Shown here piece by piece: positions 9,640 to 19,641 of a stretch of DNA of 64,000 nucleotides (within the stretch, counting starts at the first letter, position 1; each line of letters begins with the position of its first letter). The DNA is from a virus, in IMG/VR virus record IMGVR_UViG_3300020048_000055, positions 1 to 64,000 of that record; one strand, written 5' to 3'. The notes under the pieces are model-generated. The model was not told where the DNA came from. It ran no database searches and saw nothing but the letters and a program-made list of their open reading frames with translations. The translations under genes were made by a program, and so were the position numbers.

Positions 9640-9681
9640 TGGGTGCTTGCATAGAAGATTAATAAATAAAAAGGAATTAAT

Positions 9682-9930
9682 ATGATTGAAGATTCAAAGA
9701 AACAAAGAATAGGTCTTATCCATTATATCTATGGTGGAGAGAATACAATTTTAGTGGAGGAAGACATTCCCTCTTCTAAAAGAAAACAAGTGATAGCTAA
9801 ATTTGAAGAGCTTGAAAAAGAAATTGGTGATTTTATTGATGCTAAACAAACTGAGTTTAGTGGATGGTTGTATGAAAACCAACTTGAAAGTTCAATGGGT
9901 TGGATTGCAAAGAAAAAGAAAGAACTATGA
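9682..9930 (+). CDS. hypothetical protein
   Basis: 82-aa ORF with AAGGA RBS. Confidence 0.65.
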   Translation: MIEDSKKQRIGLIHYIYGGENTILVEEDIPSSKRKQVIAKFEELEKEIGDFIDAKQTEFSGWLYENQLESSMGWIAKKKKEL

Positions 9931-10103
9931 GTTTTGAAGATTATGAGAGAGAATCTGAGTGGGAAGTATGTGAACTATGGCATGATGGAAAACATGAAAT
10001 TAAACTTTCAATACTAAAGAATAGTGACAATAGACAAACCTTCTGTATGAAGTGTGGTACATCAGTTAAGTTTGTAAGAAAGAACCCATATATAAAAACT
10101 TAG
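9927..10103 (+). CDS. small Zn-binding hypothetical protein
   Basis: ATGA overlap; CxxxH and CMKC motifs. Confidence 0.55.
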   Translation: MSFEDYERESEWEVCELWHDGKHEIKLSILKNSDNRQTFCMKCGTSVKFVRKNPYIKT

Positions 10104-10112
10104 GAAATATAA

Positions 10113-10934
10113 ATGCAATTAATACTTGGCGATTGTTTGGAAAAAATGAAAGATATACCTGACGGTTCTATTGATATGATTCTTTGTGATTTACCTTATG
10201 AAACGACTGTTTGTGAATGGGATATTCTCATACCTTTTAAGCCCTTGTGGGAACAATATAATAGAATTATAAAACCTAATGGCGCTATTGTCTTATTTGG
10301 TAGTGAACCTTTTTCATCATACCTTCGTATGAGTAATATAAAAGACTATAGATATGATCTTTATTGGAAAAAAGAAAAACCAACAAACTTTTTTCAACTT
10401 AAAAGACGTTTTGGGAAGTGTACTGAAAATATTATTATCTTTTATAAAAAGCAACCTACTTACAACCCTCAAAAAACAAAACATGAAGGAAAACTAGAAA
10501 CCCCTAAACCTAAAGGATATCATAATTCTATCGTATCAGGAATAAATAAAAAGATAACTGCATATGAAGATGATGGCACTAGGTATCCAACAGACATCCT
10601 AGAGATTAGAAGAGAAATTCTTGGAACAACTTTGCATCCAACTCAGAAACCCGTAGCCCTACTTGAAGTTCTGATTAATACTTTTACTAATGAAGGTGAA
10701 ATAGTTTTAGACAATACAATGGGTTCAGGCTCTACCGGTGTGGCATGTAAAAAATTAAACCGTAAGTTTATTGGAATTGAAAAAGACGAAAAGTATTTTG
10801 AAATAGCAAAGAAAAGGATTGAGGCAGTTTCCCTTGATAGGGATATCAAATCTTTAGAAAAATGTACTATGAAAGAACCCCCTAAAAAAGAATCTACAGG
10901 TTTTTCGTTTGGGTCAAACTTAAAGAAATATTAG
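10113..10934 (+). CDS. N4/N6 DNA methyltransferase (beta class)
   Basis: GDCLE, DLPY catalytic motif, HPTQKP, DNTMGSGSTG SAM motif. Confidence 0.95.
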   Translation: MQLILGDCLEKMKDIPDGSIDMILCDLPYETTVCEWDILIPFKPLWEQYNRIIKPNGAIVLFGSEPFSSYLRMSNIKDYRYDLYWKKEKPTNFFQLKRRFGKCTENIIIFYKKQPTYNPQKTKHEGKLETPKPKGYHNSIVSGINKKITAYEDDGTRYPTDILEIRREILGTTLHPTQKPVALLEVLINTFTNEGEIVLDNTMGSGSTGVACKKLNRKFIGIEKDEKYFEIAKKRIEAVSLDRDIKSLEKCTMKEPPKKESTGFSFGSNLKKY

Positions 10935-10973
10935 ACGGTATTATGATTATTTTAAATAGGTTAAGGAAGGTAT

Positions 10974-11567
10974 ATGCCACGATTCTTAGATAGAATAAAC
11001 ATGAGGTATGGGAGATTGACCGTCATAAAACATGAAGGTAAAGATAAGAGAGGAAAACACTTATGGTTATGTATTTGTGATTGTGGGAAGGAAAAAATTG
11101 TTGTTTCTGATAATCTTTCTAGTGGAAAATCAAAAAGCTGTGGTTGTTTAAAGAAAGAGTTTCTTGCAAAAAAAGGAAATCAGTGGGGATTGTATGAAGA
11201 TAGGGAGGAAGCACTACTAAAGGTACAGTACAGCCACTTAAAAAGACGAAACAATAAACTTGGATTTAAAGAGGTGTTTGATTTTAATACTTTCACTAAA
11301 CTATCTAAAGATCCCTGTAATTATTGTGGTGTAGAACACTCGAAAATTATTGAAGACCGGCTAAATGAAACTAAGGGGAATAAAAGACTTTCTGACCATA
11401 TATTAAAATGCAATGGAATTGACAGAGTTGATAATGAAAAAGGTTACACAAAAGAAAATAGTGTAACTTGTTGCAAATACTGTAATTTTGCAAAGCATAC
11501 TATGACAGAGAATGCTTTTTACACATGGATAAAAAGAGTTTATGAGTATAGTTTTAATAAGATTTAG
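10974..11567 (+). CDS. HNH homing endonuclease
   Basis: YGRLTV..WLCICDCG..SCGC N-terminal domain; CNYCG...NGIDRVDNEKGY..EN.VTCC..CN..K nuclease. Confidence 0.9.
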   Translation: MPRFLDRINMRYGRLTVIKHEGKDKRGKHLWLCICDCGKEKIVVSDNLSSGKSKSCGCLKKEFLAKKGNQWGLYEDREEALLKVQYSHLKRRNNKLGFKEVFDFNTFTKLSKDPCNYCGVEHSKIIEDRLNETKGNKRLSDHILKCNGIDRVDNEKGYTKENSVTCCKYCNFAKHTMTENAFYTWIKRVYEYSFNKI

Positions 11568-11573
11568 GTGTGA

Positions 11574-11621
11574 AACACTAACAGAAACTTAAATGTGATA
11601 GAAAAAGAGTGAAAGTACTTT
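11574..11621 (+). pseudogene. degenerate remnant of a methyltransferase C-terminus
   Basis: Translates NTNRNLNVIEKE*KYF versus KLNRKFIGIEKDEKYF in the upstream MTase. Confidence 0.6.
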
Positions 11622-11757
11622 GGGGTGAACTCTTCTTCTAAAAGTTTTTAATTAGGTTCAGAAGTGAACTCTGTGAGTGAACTAGTTCCGACTTAAAAGT
11701 TGGAACCCAATAAAAAAGTTAATATATTACTAATAAACACACTACAGGAGAGCAGAA

Positions 11758-12705
11758 TTGAAATTTAAAATAGTCAATATTAATATGTTGAACTTCAAAA
11801 CCAAACCATTCTTAAAATGGGCAGGAGGTAAAACTCAATTATTACCTACAATAATTGAAAACTTCCCAAATAATTTTGAGGGTATTACAAAGTATGTAGA
11901 GCCTTTTGTAGGTGCCGGTGCAGTTTTCTTATATTTAGCAAGCGAAGATTCTTTTGATGAGTATATAATCAATGACATTAATCATAAATTAATTAATCTT
12001 TATTTGGTAATACGGGATAATTGTGAACAATTAATGGGAGAAATAAAAACTCTTAAAGATGAATATATGTTATTAGGTGACTCTAAAAACAAGGAAGATT
12101 TTTACTATAAAATTAGGGATGAGTTTAATGTAGAAACAGATAATACACTTAGAATGGCAGCACTTTTTCTATTTTTAAATAAAACTTGTTTTAATGGAAT
12201 ATATCGAGAAAACTCTTTAGGTAAGTTTAATGTCCCCTTTGGAAAGCAATTATCACCAATCTTTTATAAGGATTGTGATTTGAGAAATATGTCTAAGTTG
12301 TTAAATATTAGAAATAAGAAAAATGAACTCAAGATTAAAATATTAAATACTTCATACGAAAACTTACACCCCTATATAGATAAAGGTACCTTTGTTTATT
12401 TTGATCCTCCTTATAGACCTGTAACTGAGAATGGATTTAATTCTTACAACAAGGGGGGTTTTAATGATGACAGTCAGATTAATCTTAGGGATTTCTATGC
12501 GAGTATGGATGGAAAGGGTGCTAAGTTAATGCTTAGTAATTCAGATCCTAAAGTTTTAAATAAGGATGATACTTTTTTTGACTCTCTTTATGAAAAGTTT
12601 CGTATACAAAGGGTAGATGCAAATAGAATGATAAATAGTAATGGTTCGGGAAGAAGTTCTATAAAAGAATTATTAATTTGCAATTATGAAGTGAAAACAA
12701 ACTAG
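11758..12705 (+). CDS. dam: Dam-family (D12 class) adenine methyltransferase
   Basis: KPFLKWAGGK, EPFVGAGAV, FNGIYREN..G.FNVPFG, DPPY. Confidence 0.93.
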   Translation: MKFKIVNINMLNFKTKPFLKWAGGKTQLLPTIIENFPNNFEGITKYVEPFVGAGAVFLYLASEDSFDEYIINDINHKLINLYLVIRDNCEQLMGEIKTLKDEYMLLGDSKNKEDFYYKIRDEFNVETDNTLRMAALFLFLNKTCFNGIYRENSLGKFNVPFGKQLSPIFYKDCDLRNMSKLLNIRNKKNELKIKILNTSYENLHPYIDKGTFVYFDPPYRPVTENGFNSYNKGGFNDDSQINLRDFYASMDGKGAKLMLSNSDPKVLNKDDTFFDSLYEKFRIQRVDANRMINSNGSGRSSIKELLICNYEVKTN

Positions 12706-12722
12706 ATTAAAAGGGGGGTTAT

Positions 12723-13205
12723 ATGGTTTTTCGGAGAGATATTTATGATGGATGTTATTTGGAGTTTTCTGAGGGAAGATTTGATGGCTACTGTATTTAT
12801 TTAACAGTACCGGGCGTTAAACGTCATGCCCCTTTAGATACAACTTATTTTATGGGACTAAATGATCTAGGAGAAAGATATACAAAAAGAAAAGTTTATG
12901 ATGACTTTGTTTCTTTCTATGAACTTACAGATAAAAAAATAAATAATGATATATTTGAAAAAATTAGATTGTTATCAAAAAGCTATGGAAGTGATTCAAG
13001 GGCTATGGAGAGAATGTTTTCAACTGTATATATGGGTATGATAGCAGAAGAAAATAAAGAGAATACTAGACTCGGAAAAAAAATTAAAAGACTTGGATTA
13101 CATCAAGTTTTAATTGAAAATATGTGTCCTATTGAAGCTGCAAACTTTAGCAAGGGTAAGGGTTGGAGAACAATAGAAGCAGTATGTATTTCTAAGGGTT
13201 TCTGA
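12723..13205 (+). CDS. conserved hypothetical protein co-transcribed with dam
   Basis: 160 aa; GRFDGYCIY and YMGMIAEENK..TRLGKKIKRLG motifs. Confidence 0.7.
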   Translation: MVFRRDIYDGCYLEFSEGRFDGYCIYLTVPGVKRHAPLDTTYFMGLNDLGERYTKRKVYDDFVSFYELTDKKINNDIFEKIRLLSKSYGSDSRAMERMFSTVYMGMIAEENKENTRLGKKIKRLGLHQVLIENMCPIEAANFSKGKGWRTIEAVCISKGF

Positions 13206-13258
13206 TTAAAATACTTCGTAATATTAGTTTTAATCTTGAGAAAAATAAAGGACAAAAT

Positions 13259-13534
13259 ATGACAGATAGGCAGATAATAAGAAGGTGTATCGAAAGAGAA
13301 TTAGGTAATGGGTCTCCCGGTGGATTGGTGATACAAACCACCCAAGAAAATTGGGATAAGTATTGTAGCCCTGTGGATTTTATGGTTGAAAGAGAAAGTA
13401 TCCCTGAGATTTCATTTCTTTTTATAGGGCAAAGATTAAGTGATGTTGATGTATGGTTGGATAACAACTATTTTAAACTCATTGATATAGACCCTATTAC
13501 CGGTAGGGCTGTCCTCATCATAGGTGTACACTAA
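13259..13534 (+). CDS. hypothetical protein
   Basis: 91-aa ORF with AAGGA RBS. Confidence 0.6.
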   Translation: MTDRQIIRRCIERELGNGSPGGLVIQTTQENWDKYCSPVDFMVERESIPEISFLFIGQRLSDVDVWLDNNYFKLIDIDPITGRAVLIIGVH

Positions 13535-13539
13535 TAAAT

Positions 13540-13568
13540 AAAAACAGCTCTTAATAAAAGAGCTGTTT
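13540..13568. terminator. bidirectional terminator
   Basis: AAACAGCTCTT-AATAA-AAGAGCTGTTT between convergent genes. Confidence 0.75.
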
Positions 13569-13572
13569 ACTA

Positions 13573-14772
13573 TTAACCCCTGATAACAGTAGCAAAGTTT
13601 GTTGGAAGTGAAGCCCAAAACTTTAAGGTTTTCTCGCTCAACTTTTCAGCCCTGTTTGTATATAAGGTATAATCTAAAGTACCTGGTACATCGGACTTAA
13701 CCAAAGCTCTAAGCATACCCAAGTTTTGGAGAATATAAGAAGTACAAAGATTTCTAACTTCATTTAATCTATCAAATTGGATACTGTCCCAATCAGGACT
13801 CCACTTTGCATAATTTACACAAAGTATTCCACCGAGAGTTGAGAATCCTGATATTGATATTTTCTTATCTTTTCTAATATACTTAAACTTTTCACGTTTG
13901 GAATAGTTTATAAGGGATTGATTTGCCGCTCTTTGTAGGAGGTATGCTGACATATGGTCTCCTCCACCTGTAAAGCCGGGAACATTTTTTCCTCGATAGT
14001 TAACACCTCTTCCCCCTGAGCTTCCACTTAATCCAGAACCTCCTCCAGTTTGCATCATAAAATTGTATGCACCTTTTCCTATCATACCCCCATTACCACC
14101 GCTTGCCTGAGCAACCCAAGCTCTAGTGACTGCATAGCAAAACTTAGGAAGTTCAAAAAGATACTCTGAGTTGCAACCTACTTGACCAAGTTCTACTTGT
14201 TCACTAATAGGAAAAAACTTATAGTATTCCTGAAGGGCAGGTTTTATACAAGTATTAAGAATCTTTTCTCTGGTGTATTCAAGTTCTGCAACATTAAGGA
14301 AAGGGACACCGACTTCGCCTAGAATAATTTCTAATTCATCGTCGTCAATAATGATATCAGAATCTAATGCAACAATTTGATAAGGCATGAAGTCTTCATT
14401 GACTGGTGTTACAATCGAAGTAAAATTAGAATAGTTTAATATAACTCTAAAATGGGGTGAAGTAATCCCAGAAACAACTGAGCATTTACCCTCTATTTCT
14501 GAAACAGAAACAGTCTCCCAATTTATCAAGGGGAATATTGCATTATCTACTTTGTAGTCGGCGGTACAATATACCAGTGCCATATGTAAATCGCTTGGAA
14601 CTATAGCAGGGTCAGAATAACCGGGTAGGACTACTTGGAACAAGGTATCTTTTACATAAGCCTTGGTTTTTCCTGTGACAGAAAGAGATCCGAAAGCTAC
14701 CCAAGTGTCTCTTATTTCAGAGTATTTGTTGTTTGTTTTTAAGTCTAATAAATGTTCTAAATGTGATTTCAT
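13573..14772 (-). CDS. neck / head-tail adaptor protein (T4 gp13-like)
   Basis: ILGEVGVPFLNVAELE..I...IKPALQEYYKFFP resembles the gp13 N-terminal motif; ACTAATTA immediately upstream. Confidence 0.6.
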   Translation of the reverse strand: MKSHLEHLLDLKTNNKYSEIRDTWVAFGSLSVTGKTKAYVKDTLFQVVLPGYSDPAIVPSDLHMALVYCTADYKVDNAIFPLINWETVSVSEIEGKCSVVSGITSPHFRVILNYSNFTSIVTPVNEDFMPYQIVALDSDIIIDDDELEIILGEVGVPFLNVAELEYTREKILNTCIKPALQEYYKFFPISEQVELGQVGCNSEYLFELPKFCYAVTRAWVAQASGGNGGMIGKGAYNFMMQTGGGSGLSGSSGGRGVNYRGKNVPGFTGGGDHMSAYLLQRAANQSLINYSKREKFKYIRKDKKISISGFSTLGGILCVNYAKWSPDWDSIQFDRLNEVRNLCTSYILQNLGMLRALVKSDVPGTLDYTLYTNRAEKLSEKTLKFWASLPTNFATVIRG

Positions 14773-14820
14773 GACTAATTAGTATTAGAACTTTAAGAAC
14801 TAATTTATTAAGGAATTAAA

Positions 14821-16257
14821 ATGGAAAATTCAATAGGGATTGTAATAGCAATAAACGAAAGTTCATCAGATATGTGTGAAGACCAAGTTAAGAAACTGGC
14901 AGATGAGTTTAACTATGATTTTTATACCGAGTATAATACAGAGACTTCAGATAAAATAAAAGAACTGATGGAGTCTGCTCATTCAGAAGGTTTCAGAAAC
15001 ATTGTATATCTTACAGAAGAATCACAAGTAAATGATATTCAAGCAGGTCTTGAGGAAGATTATTCTCATATGTTTGAGTCTATTCTTGTATTGCCTGAAA
15101 ACTTTCACAGACTAAACTTCTCACAACTAAAAGAAGCTGTACCAGCACCTCAGACTGCCCAAGTACCAGTTCAGCCCGTTCAACAGCCAGTACGAAATCA
15201 ACCTGTACAACCAACTCCCGTAAGGCAACCAGTTTCAGGAAAACCTGAAAGAGGGTTTTTATTTATTATTCCTACAAACTTACCCTTAATAGGAACTAAG
15301 GATATTATACAAAAAGCCTTGAAGATTATGAAAGGTAATCACAAAGCCTATATTGTTCCAGTACCTTCTACAGGAACTTCGGTAAACCCTAAAACACAAA
15401 TAACAAATGGGACAGTTGCCCGAGCAGTTTGGTCTTTACAACAAGATAAGGGTGGATGTGAATTAATTGAAGATACGACTATTGCTTCATCAACTTTCTA
15501 TTCCTGTTTGGCTCACAAAGATAAAAACTTTAATGGTTCCATTTTTTACAAGATTCAAAATTATCAAAAAGTACATAATATTGATTATGTTATTGTATCA
15601 TCAAAAGAGATTTGTGATGCGGCAGATACTTATGGAATGACAACCTATCCCGTATGTGAAAACATTCCAAATGAAGGTAATAACCAAAAAATATTTGGTG
15701 TTGTTACTACCTTGTTTAATAAGTTTACCACTTTATTTAAGAATAAAGATTCACTTGATAAATATGCCAAAGAGAAAAAGTTGGGTCAATGTCCAGAAAC
15801 TTGGCAACCGGCATCTGATGATAAAGCAATCCTAACTATCATTGAAGAAATATATGCTGTGTCCTTGGGTAAAAAAGACCCACTAAAAAACTCACTAATG
15901 AAGGGTTCAGATGGTGCGCTATCTAATACAGGATATCAAGATTTTATTAATGCACTTGGAGCACTTATTCCTGAGAGAGATAAAGAATTGGCTAAAGAGT
16001 GGGTTAAGGATACCGTAGTTGGTGAATATGTTCTCGATGGAGCTAAAGCTATAAAGAACGCATATAATCAATTAAATAAAGATAAAAATCCGTCTACTGG
16101 TGAAAAGGGTGATAAGACTTATACTCATAAACAAAAACAGGTAGATCAAGAAATAAAGTTTAATTGGACGAATCTTCAGGTACAGTATCTTCTGGTAAAC
16201 AGTGAAGATTTTCAAAACATAAAGAATTATTTTGATAAGGGCTTTTACTTGGTTTAA
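14821..16257 (+). CDS. hypothetical protein, probable internal head protein
   Basis: 478 aa; clustered xLxE(S/A) motifs then a PVQ-rich linker. Confidence 0.7.
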   Translation: MENSIGIVIAINESSSDMCEDQVKKLADEFNYDFYTEYNTETSDKIKELMESAHSEGFRNIVYLTEESQVNDIQAGLEEDYSHMFESILVLPENFHRLNFSQLKEAVPAPQTAQVPVQPVQQPVRNQPVQPTPVRQPVSGKPERGFLFIIPTNLPLIGTKDIIQKALKIMKGNHKAYIVPVPSTGTSVNPKTQITNGTVARAVWSLQQDKGGCELIEDTTIASSTFYSCLAHKDKNFNGSIFYKIQNYQKVHNIDYVIVSSKEICDAADTYGMTTYPVCENIPNEGNNQKIFGVVTTLFNKFTTLFKNKDSLDKYAKEKKLGQCPETWQPASDDKAILTIIEEIYAVSLGKKDPLKNSLMKGSDGALSNTGYQDFINALGALIPERDKELAKEWVKDTVVGEYVLDGAKAIKNAYNQLNKDKNPSTGEKGDKTYTHKQKQVDQEIKFNWTNLQVQYLLVNSEDFQNIKNYFDKGFYLV

Positions 16258-16271
16258 TAAGGAGAATTACG

Positions 16272-17366
16272 ATGGAATTAGATGACATACTTTTATACAA
16301 AAAAGAATCCCTTGATGAAGGGGTTATAGCCAATGCAGGTAAGATGCTTGCAAATGGTGTTAAGCAGGTAGTATCAAATGTTGCTACTGGAATAAACAAT
16401 ATTACAACTGCTTCAAACAATGCGGTAACTGCAAGCAATGAAAAGACTGCAACAACTCAAGCAACTCAAGCATCTTCTCAGATGGATAAGATGATTTCCG
16501 AAAAGAGTGGAATATCTACGGCATCACAAGATAAGCAAACAAAGAATACGATAGCTCTTGTAAATAAAGTTATAAAAATGATTGATGCTAAAATAGCTGA
16601 GTTGCAAAATCCTGCACAACAGGCACCTGCTCAAGCACCTACAGAACAAAGTGGTGTAGCTACAACTGATGTGGCACCTACAACTACGGTTGCTGAATCC
16701 ATTAACTTAGAAGATATTTTAACAAACAGGCTTTATGAAGCAGTTGATAATAAAAAAGCCCTTGAAAACTTGAAGAAGTTTAAGGATGGGCTTTCTCAAT
16801 CTATAAGCTCAGGGGTTTTTACCTCTAAGGGCTTGAAAACAATTACTGATAATATTGGTAAGATTATTGGGGATACTCCAGAAGTAAAGGATGTAGTTTC
16901 AAAATTAACTCAATCTTACACTTCTTCGGTTGAAACTCAATTTAAGGATTATCAAACAAAAAAGACTCAGGCAACCCCTCAATCCCAACCTACACAGGCT
17001 CAACAAAAAGCCTCTGTACAACCTGCACCTGCAACAACTCCCGAGCAGAAAAAACAAAGTGCAGTAGCTTCCCAAGATGTTATAAAAAAATGCAGTACTG
17101 CTTTAGGACAGGTATCTTCCAGTATAGAAGCAATAAAAACAAAGTCCCCTACAGCAAACTTTGGTACGCCCAAGACAGACGGAATATATGCTACAGCTCA
17201 GGGAGAAACCTATATTGACCAAGTAAAAAACTTGATTGCTACATTATCTAAAGACTTAAGTGGGTATGTACTTGTTCAAGAATCCTTGAACCAACTTAGC
17301 AGTTTGCAACGATTATCAGAGGACTTAAATAATACTAAAAAAGAGCTGGATTCGCTTATTGATTAA
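16272..17366 (+). CDS. hypothetical protein, probable internal head protein
   Basis: 364 aa, A/Q/T-rich; ESLDEG, RLYEA, LVQES motifs. Confidence 0.7.
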   Translation: MELDDILLYKKESLDEGVIANAGKMLANGVKQVVSNVATGINNITTASNNAVTASNEKTATTQATQASSQMDKMISEKSGISTASQDKQTKNTIALVNKVIKMIDAKIAELQNPAQQAPAQAPTEQSGVATTDVAPTTTVAESINLEDILTNRLYEAVDNKKALENLKKFKDGLSQSISSGVFTSKGLKTITDNIGKIIGDTPEVKDVVSKLTQSYTSSVETQFKDYQTKKTQATPQSQPTQAQQKASVQPAPATTPEQKKQSAVASQDVIKKCSTALGQVSSSIEAIKTKSPTANFGTPKTDGIYATAQGETYIDQVKNLIATLSKDLSGYVLVQESLNQLSSLQRLSEDLNNTKKELDSLID

Positions 17367-17411
17367 AAAAATTGTTAATATACCTTTAAGAGAATTAAAT
17401 ACTGGACTTAA

Positions 17412-19583
17412 ATGTCTTTAACAAAGTTGGGAAAAATGATTTTTAAAAGAAAAACCGAGGCAGTAAAGATTAACAAGAACTCCGGTCAACAGCTTTATGT
17501 TGCTGTAATGTTTTTGTCTTTCCTTGCCGCCACCGTAATATCCTCTATAATAAATGTAGCTATGTTTGGACAGTTGAGTCCTCTTTTTTATGAAAAACTG
17601 CTATTTATAGCTATCTCTATTACTTTGGAAGGAACAAAGATATTTACAGTTATTAAAGCAAATATTCTATCTTCTATAGGAAAGAAGATAGACCTTTCTA
17701 AAGAGAATGATTCCGGGTTATCAAAAGGTAAAAAGAAAACAAACTCCGTAACCAAGGCATCAAGAAAGTTTTTTTGTCTTTACCTAGTTTTTGCTTTTAT
17801 AGCAATCTTTGCTTCATTAGGACTTTCTCTTACAATTACAGGTAGAAACTCAGTTGAATCTGATTCAGGTATTGCAAAAATAGCTTTAACTTTAAAAACT
17901 GCAAAAGATGAAAATGACTATTATTCCAACCAAATAGTTACAGCAAATTATACCAAGTATTATACTGAGTGGGAAGACGCCAATAATAAATACGATTTGT
18001 TTAATGAAGAATTGGCTACCTTAAACAAGGCATATAGGGATAGTGACTATAAAGATTCAAGCATTCTAAGTCAGATAACCGAGAAGAAAGCTTTGCAAAA
18101 AGCCTTAGACCTTACTAATAGAAAAGCGAGAAGGGATGAAGCAAAAGAAATTACTCTTAAAAATGAGGGATTAATTGAAGCTAACAACCTAATAATTAAA
18201 GAGAACAGTCAGTTGAAACTGGATCTTGAACTTACTCAATCTGAGGAAAAAGGTACCTCTAATATGTTCAAGCTTCTCTCAGAACTGTTCGTAGTTATTC
18301 CTGAAGCAGTTATTCGATTCATAATCCTAATGTTAGTTGCAGTTTTAATAGAAATGACAATTGTAACTACTGCACCGGAAATTAATATTTCTCGTAAACT
18401 TTTATATTATTTCAGAAATTATCTTCCAGATGACCTTGACATTGATAAGCTTCTGGTAGAGTTCGATAAAGACCTTGAAAGATTTTTGAGTTCTGATACT
18501 GTACAATCTCCAACGGAAGAACCTAAAAAAACAGAAGAGGTTATTGAAGACACTCCAATAGTTAGTGTTCAGACCTCAGGAATTCCTGAGGTAGTAACTG
18601 AAGATTCACCAGTAAAAGAGTTAAGGGTTAAGGAACATGTAGAACCCTCTACTCCTTGGAGTAGACCAGTTACTAAAGAGATTCCTGAGGTTTCTTATAC
18701 GTTAGTAGAAGAGATTGACCAGAAGTTTAATATTCCTGAGGTTTTAAAAGAAACTCCTCCTGAGGTAGAGAGTAGTTTGGTGCAAGTTAAGGAACCCGTA
18801 GAAGTTCCAATTGTAGAAGAACTTCCTGTTGAAGTTCCAACTGTAGAAGAACTTCCTGTTGAAGAACTTCCCGTAGAAGTTCCAGTAGAAGAACTTCCCG
18901 TAGAACCAGTTAAATCAAGTATTGAAGTTTTAACTGAGAATATAGAGAAAGGTAACTCAGTGTTAGAGGATTCAATAGCTAAGGGTAAACTAGATACTTC
19001 CAATATTGATTCTACTACAAAAAAGCTTATAGGAAAAATGGACTCTTCTGTAGAAAAAAAATCCGTCCTTCCAAGAAGGGTTGTTAAAAAAGAGAAACCT
19101 GTAGTAAGTATCTCGGAAGAAGTTGTTAAGCTTGAAGTTTCTTTGCCTAAAGAAGAAGTTGTACCTACTGTTGTAGAGGAAGCTTCCATCCCTTCTGAGG
19201 AAGTACTGGAAAAAATAGTACAAGCTCCAGTAGAAGTTGAAGCTAAGGTAAGTAAAGTTGATGTTGTAACTCTTAGTTACAAGTTCGGAAAAACAAGTGA
19301 GAATATAAAAAATCTTCTTGTATCCTATATTAAGGCTATGATGTACGGTCTTACCGATGAATCTGTTTACCCTTCACCGATAAGAGACCCTATTGAAGTT
19401 GCGAAATGGTTGGGAATAAATGACAGGGTTAGGGATATACTTCTTGGTCGATTAAAGGATATGAAGTACAATGATGTACCCCTTATTAAAGAAATTGATA
19501 ATGGAACGTATGTTACAAATTTCAATCCCGTATTCATAGAAGAATATATGACAGAAGTTAGAAAAATACACGATAGAGGATAG
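17412..19583 (+). CDS. membrane protein with coiled coil and E/V/P-rich repeat stalk
   Basis: Three N-terminal hydrophobic segments, coiled coil, fourth TM segment, VEELPVEVP repeats. Confidence 0.8.
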   Translation: MSLTKLGKMIFKRKTEAVKINKNSGQQLYVAVMFLSFLAATVISSIINVAMFGQLSPLFYEKLLFIAISITLEGTKIFTVIKANILSSIGKKIDLSKENDSGLSKGKKKTNSVTKASRKFFCLYLVFAFIAIFASLGLSLTITGRNSVESDSGIAKIALTLKTAKDENDYYSNQIVTANYTKYYTEWEDANNKYDLFNEELATLNKAYRDSDYKDSSILSQITEKKALQKALDLTNRKARRDEAKEITLKNEGLIEANNLIIKENSQLKLDLELTQSEEKGTSNMFKLLSELFVVIPEAVIRFIILMLVAVLIEMTIVTTAPEINISRKLLYYFRNYLPDDLDIDKLLVEFDKDLERFLSSDTVQSPTEEPKKTEEVIEDTPIVSVQTSGIPEVVTEDSPVKELRVKEHVEPSTPWSRPVTKEIPEVSYTLVEEIDQKFNIPEVLKETPPEVESSLVQVKEPVEVPIVEELPVEVPTVEELPVEELPVEVPVEELPVEPVKSSIEVLTENIEKGNSVLEDSIAKGKLDTSNIDSTTKKLIGKMDSSVEKKSVLPRRVVKKEKPVVSISEEVVKLEVSLPKEEVVPTVVEEASIPSEEVLEKIVQAPVEVEAKVSKVDVVTLSYKFGKTSENIKNLLVSYIKAMMYGLTDESVYPSPIRDPIEVAKWLGINDRVRDILLGRLKDMKYNDVPLIKEIDNGTYVTNFNPVFIEEYMTEVRKIHDRG
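18796..18910 (+). repeat. coding tandem repeats (VEELP/VEVP; GTAGAAGAACTTCC)
   Basis: Repeated gtagaagaacttcc / gaagttcca units. Confidence 0.8.
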
Positions 19584-19589
19584 AAAAGG

Positions 19590-19615
19590 AAACCAGATGC
19601 GAGTCTGGTTTTTTT
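19590..19615 (+). terminator. intrinsic terminator
   Basis: AAACCAGA-TGCGAG-TCTGGTTT plus T run. Confidence 0.75.
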
Positions 19616-19641
19616 GTTAATATATAATGTATGAGGAACCT

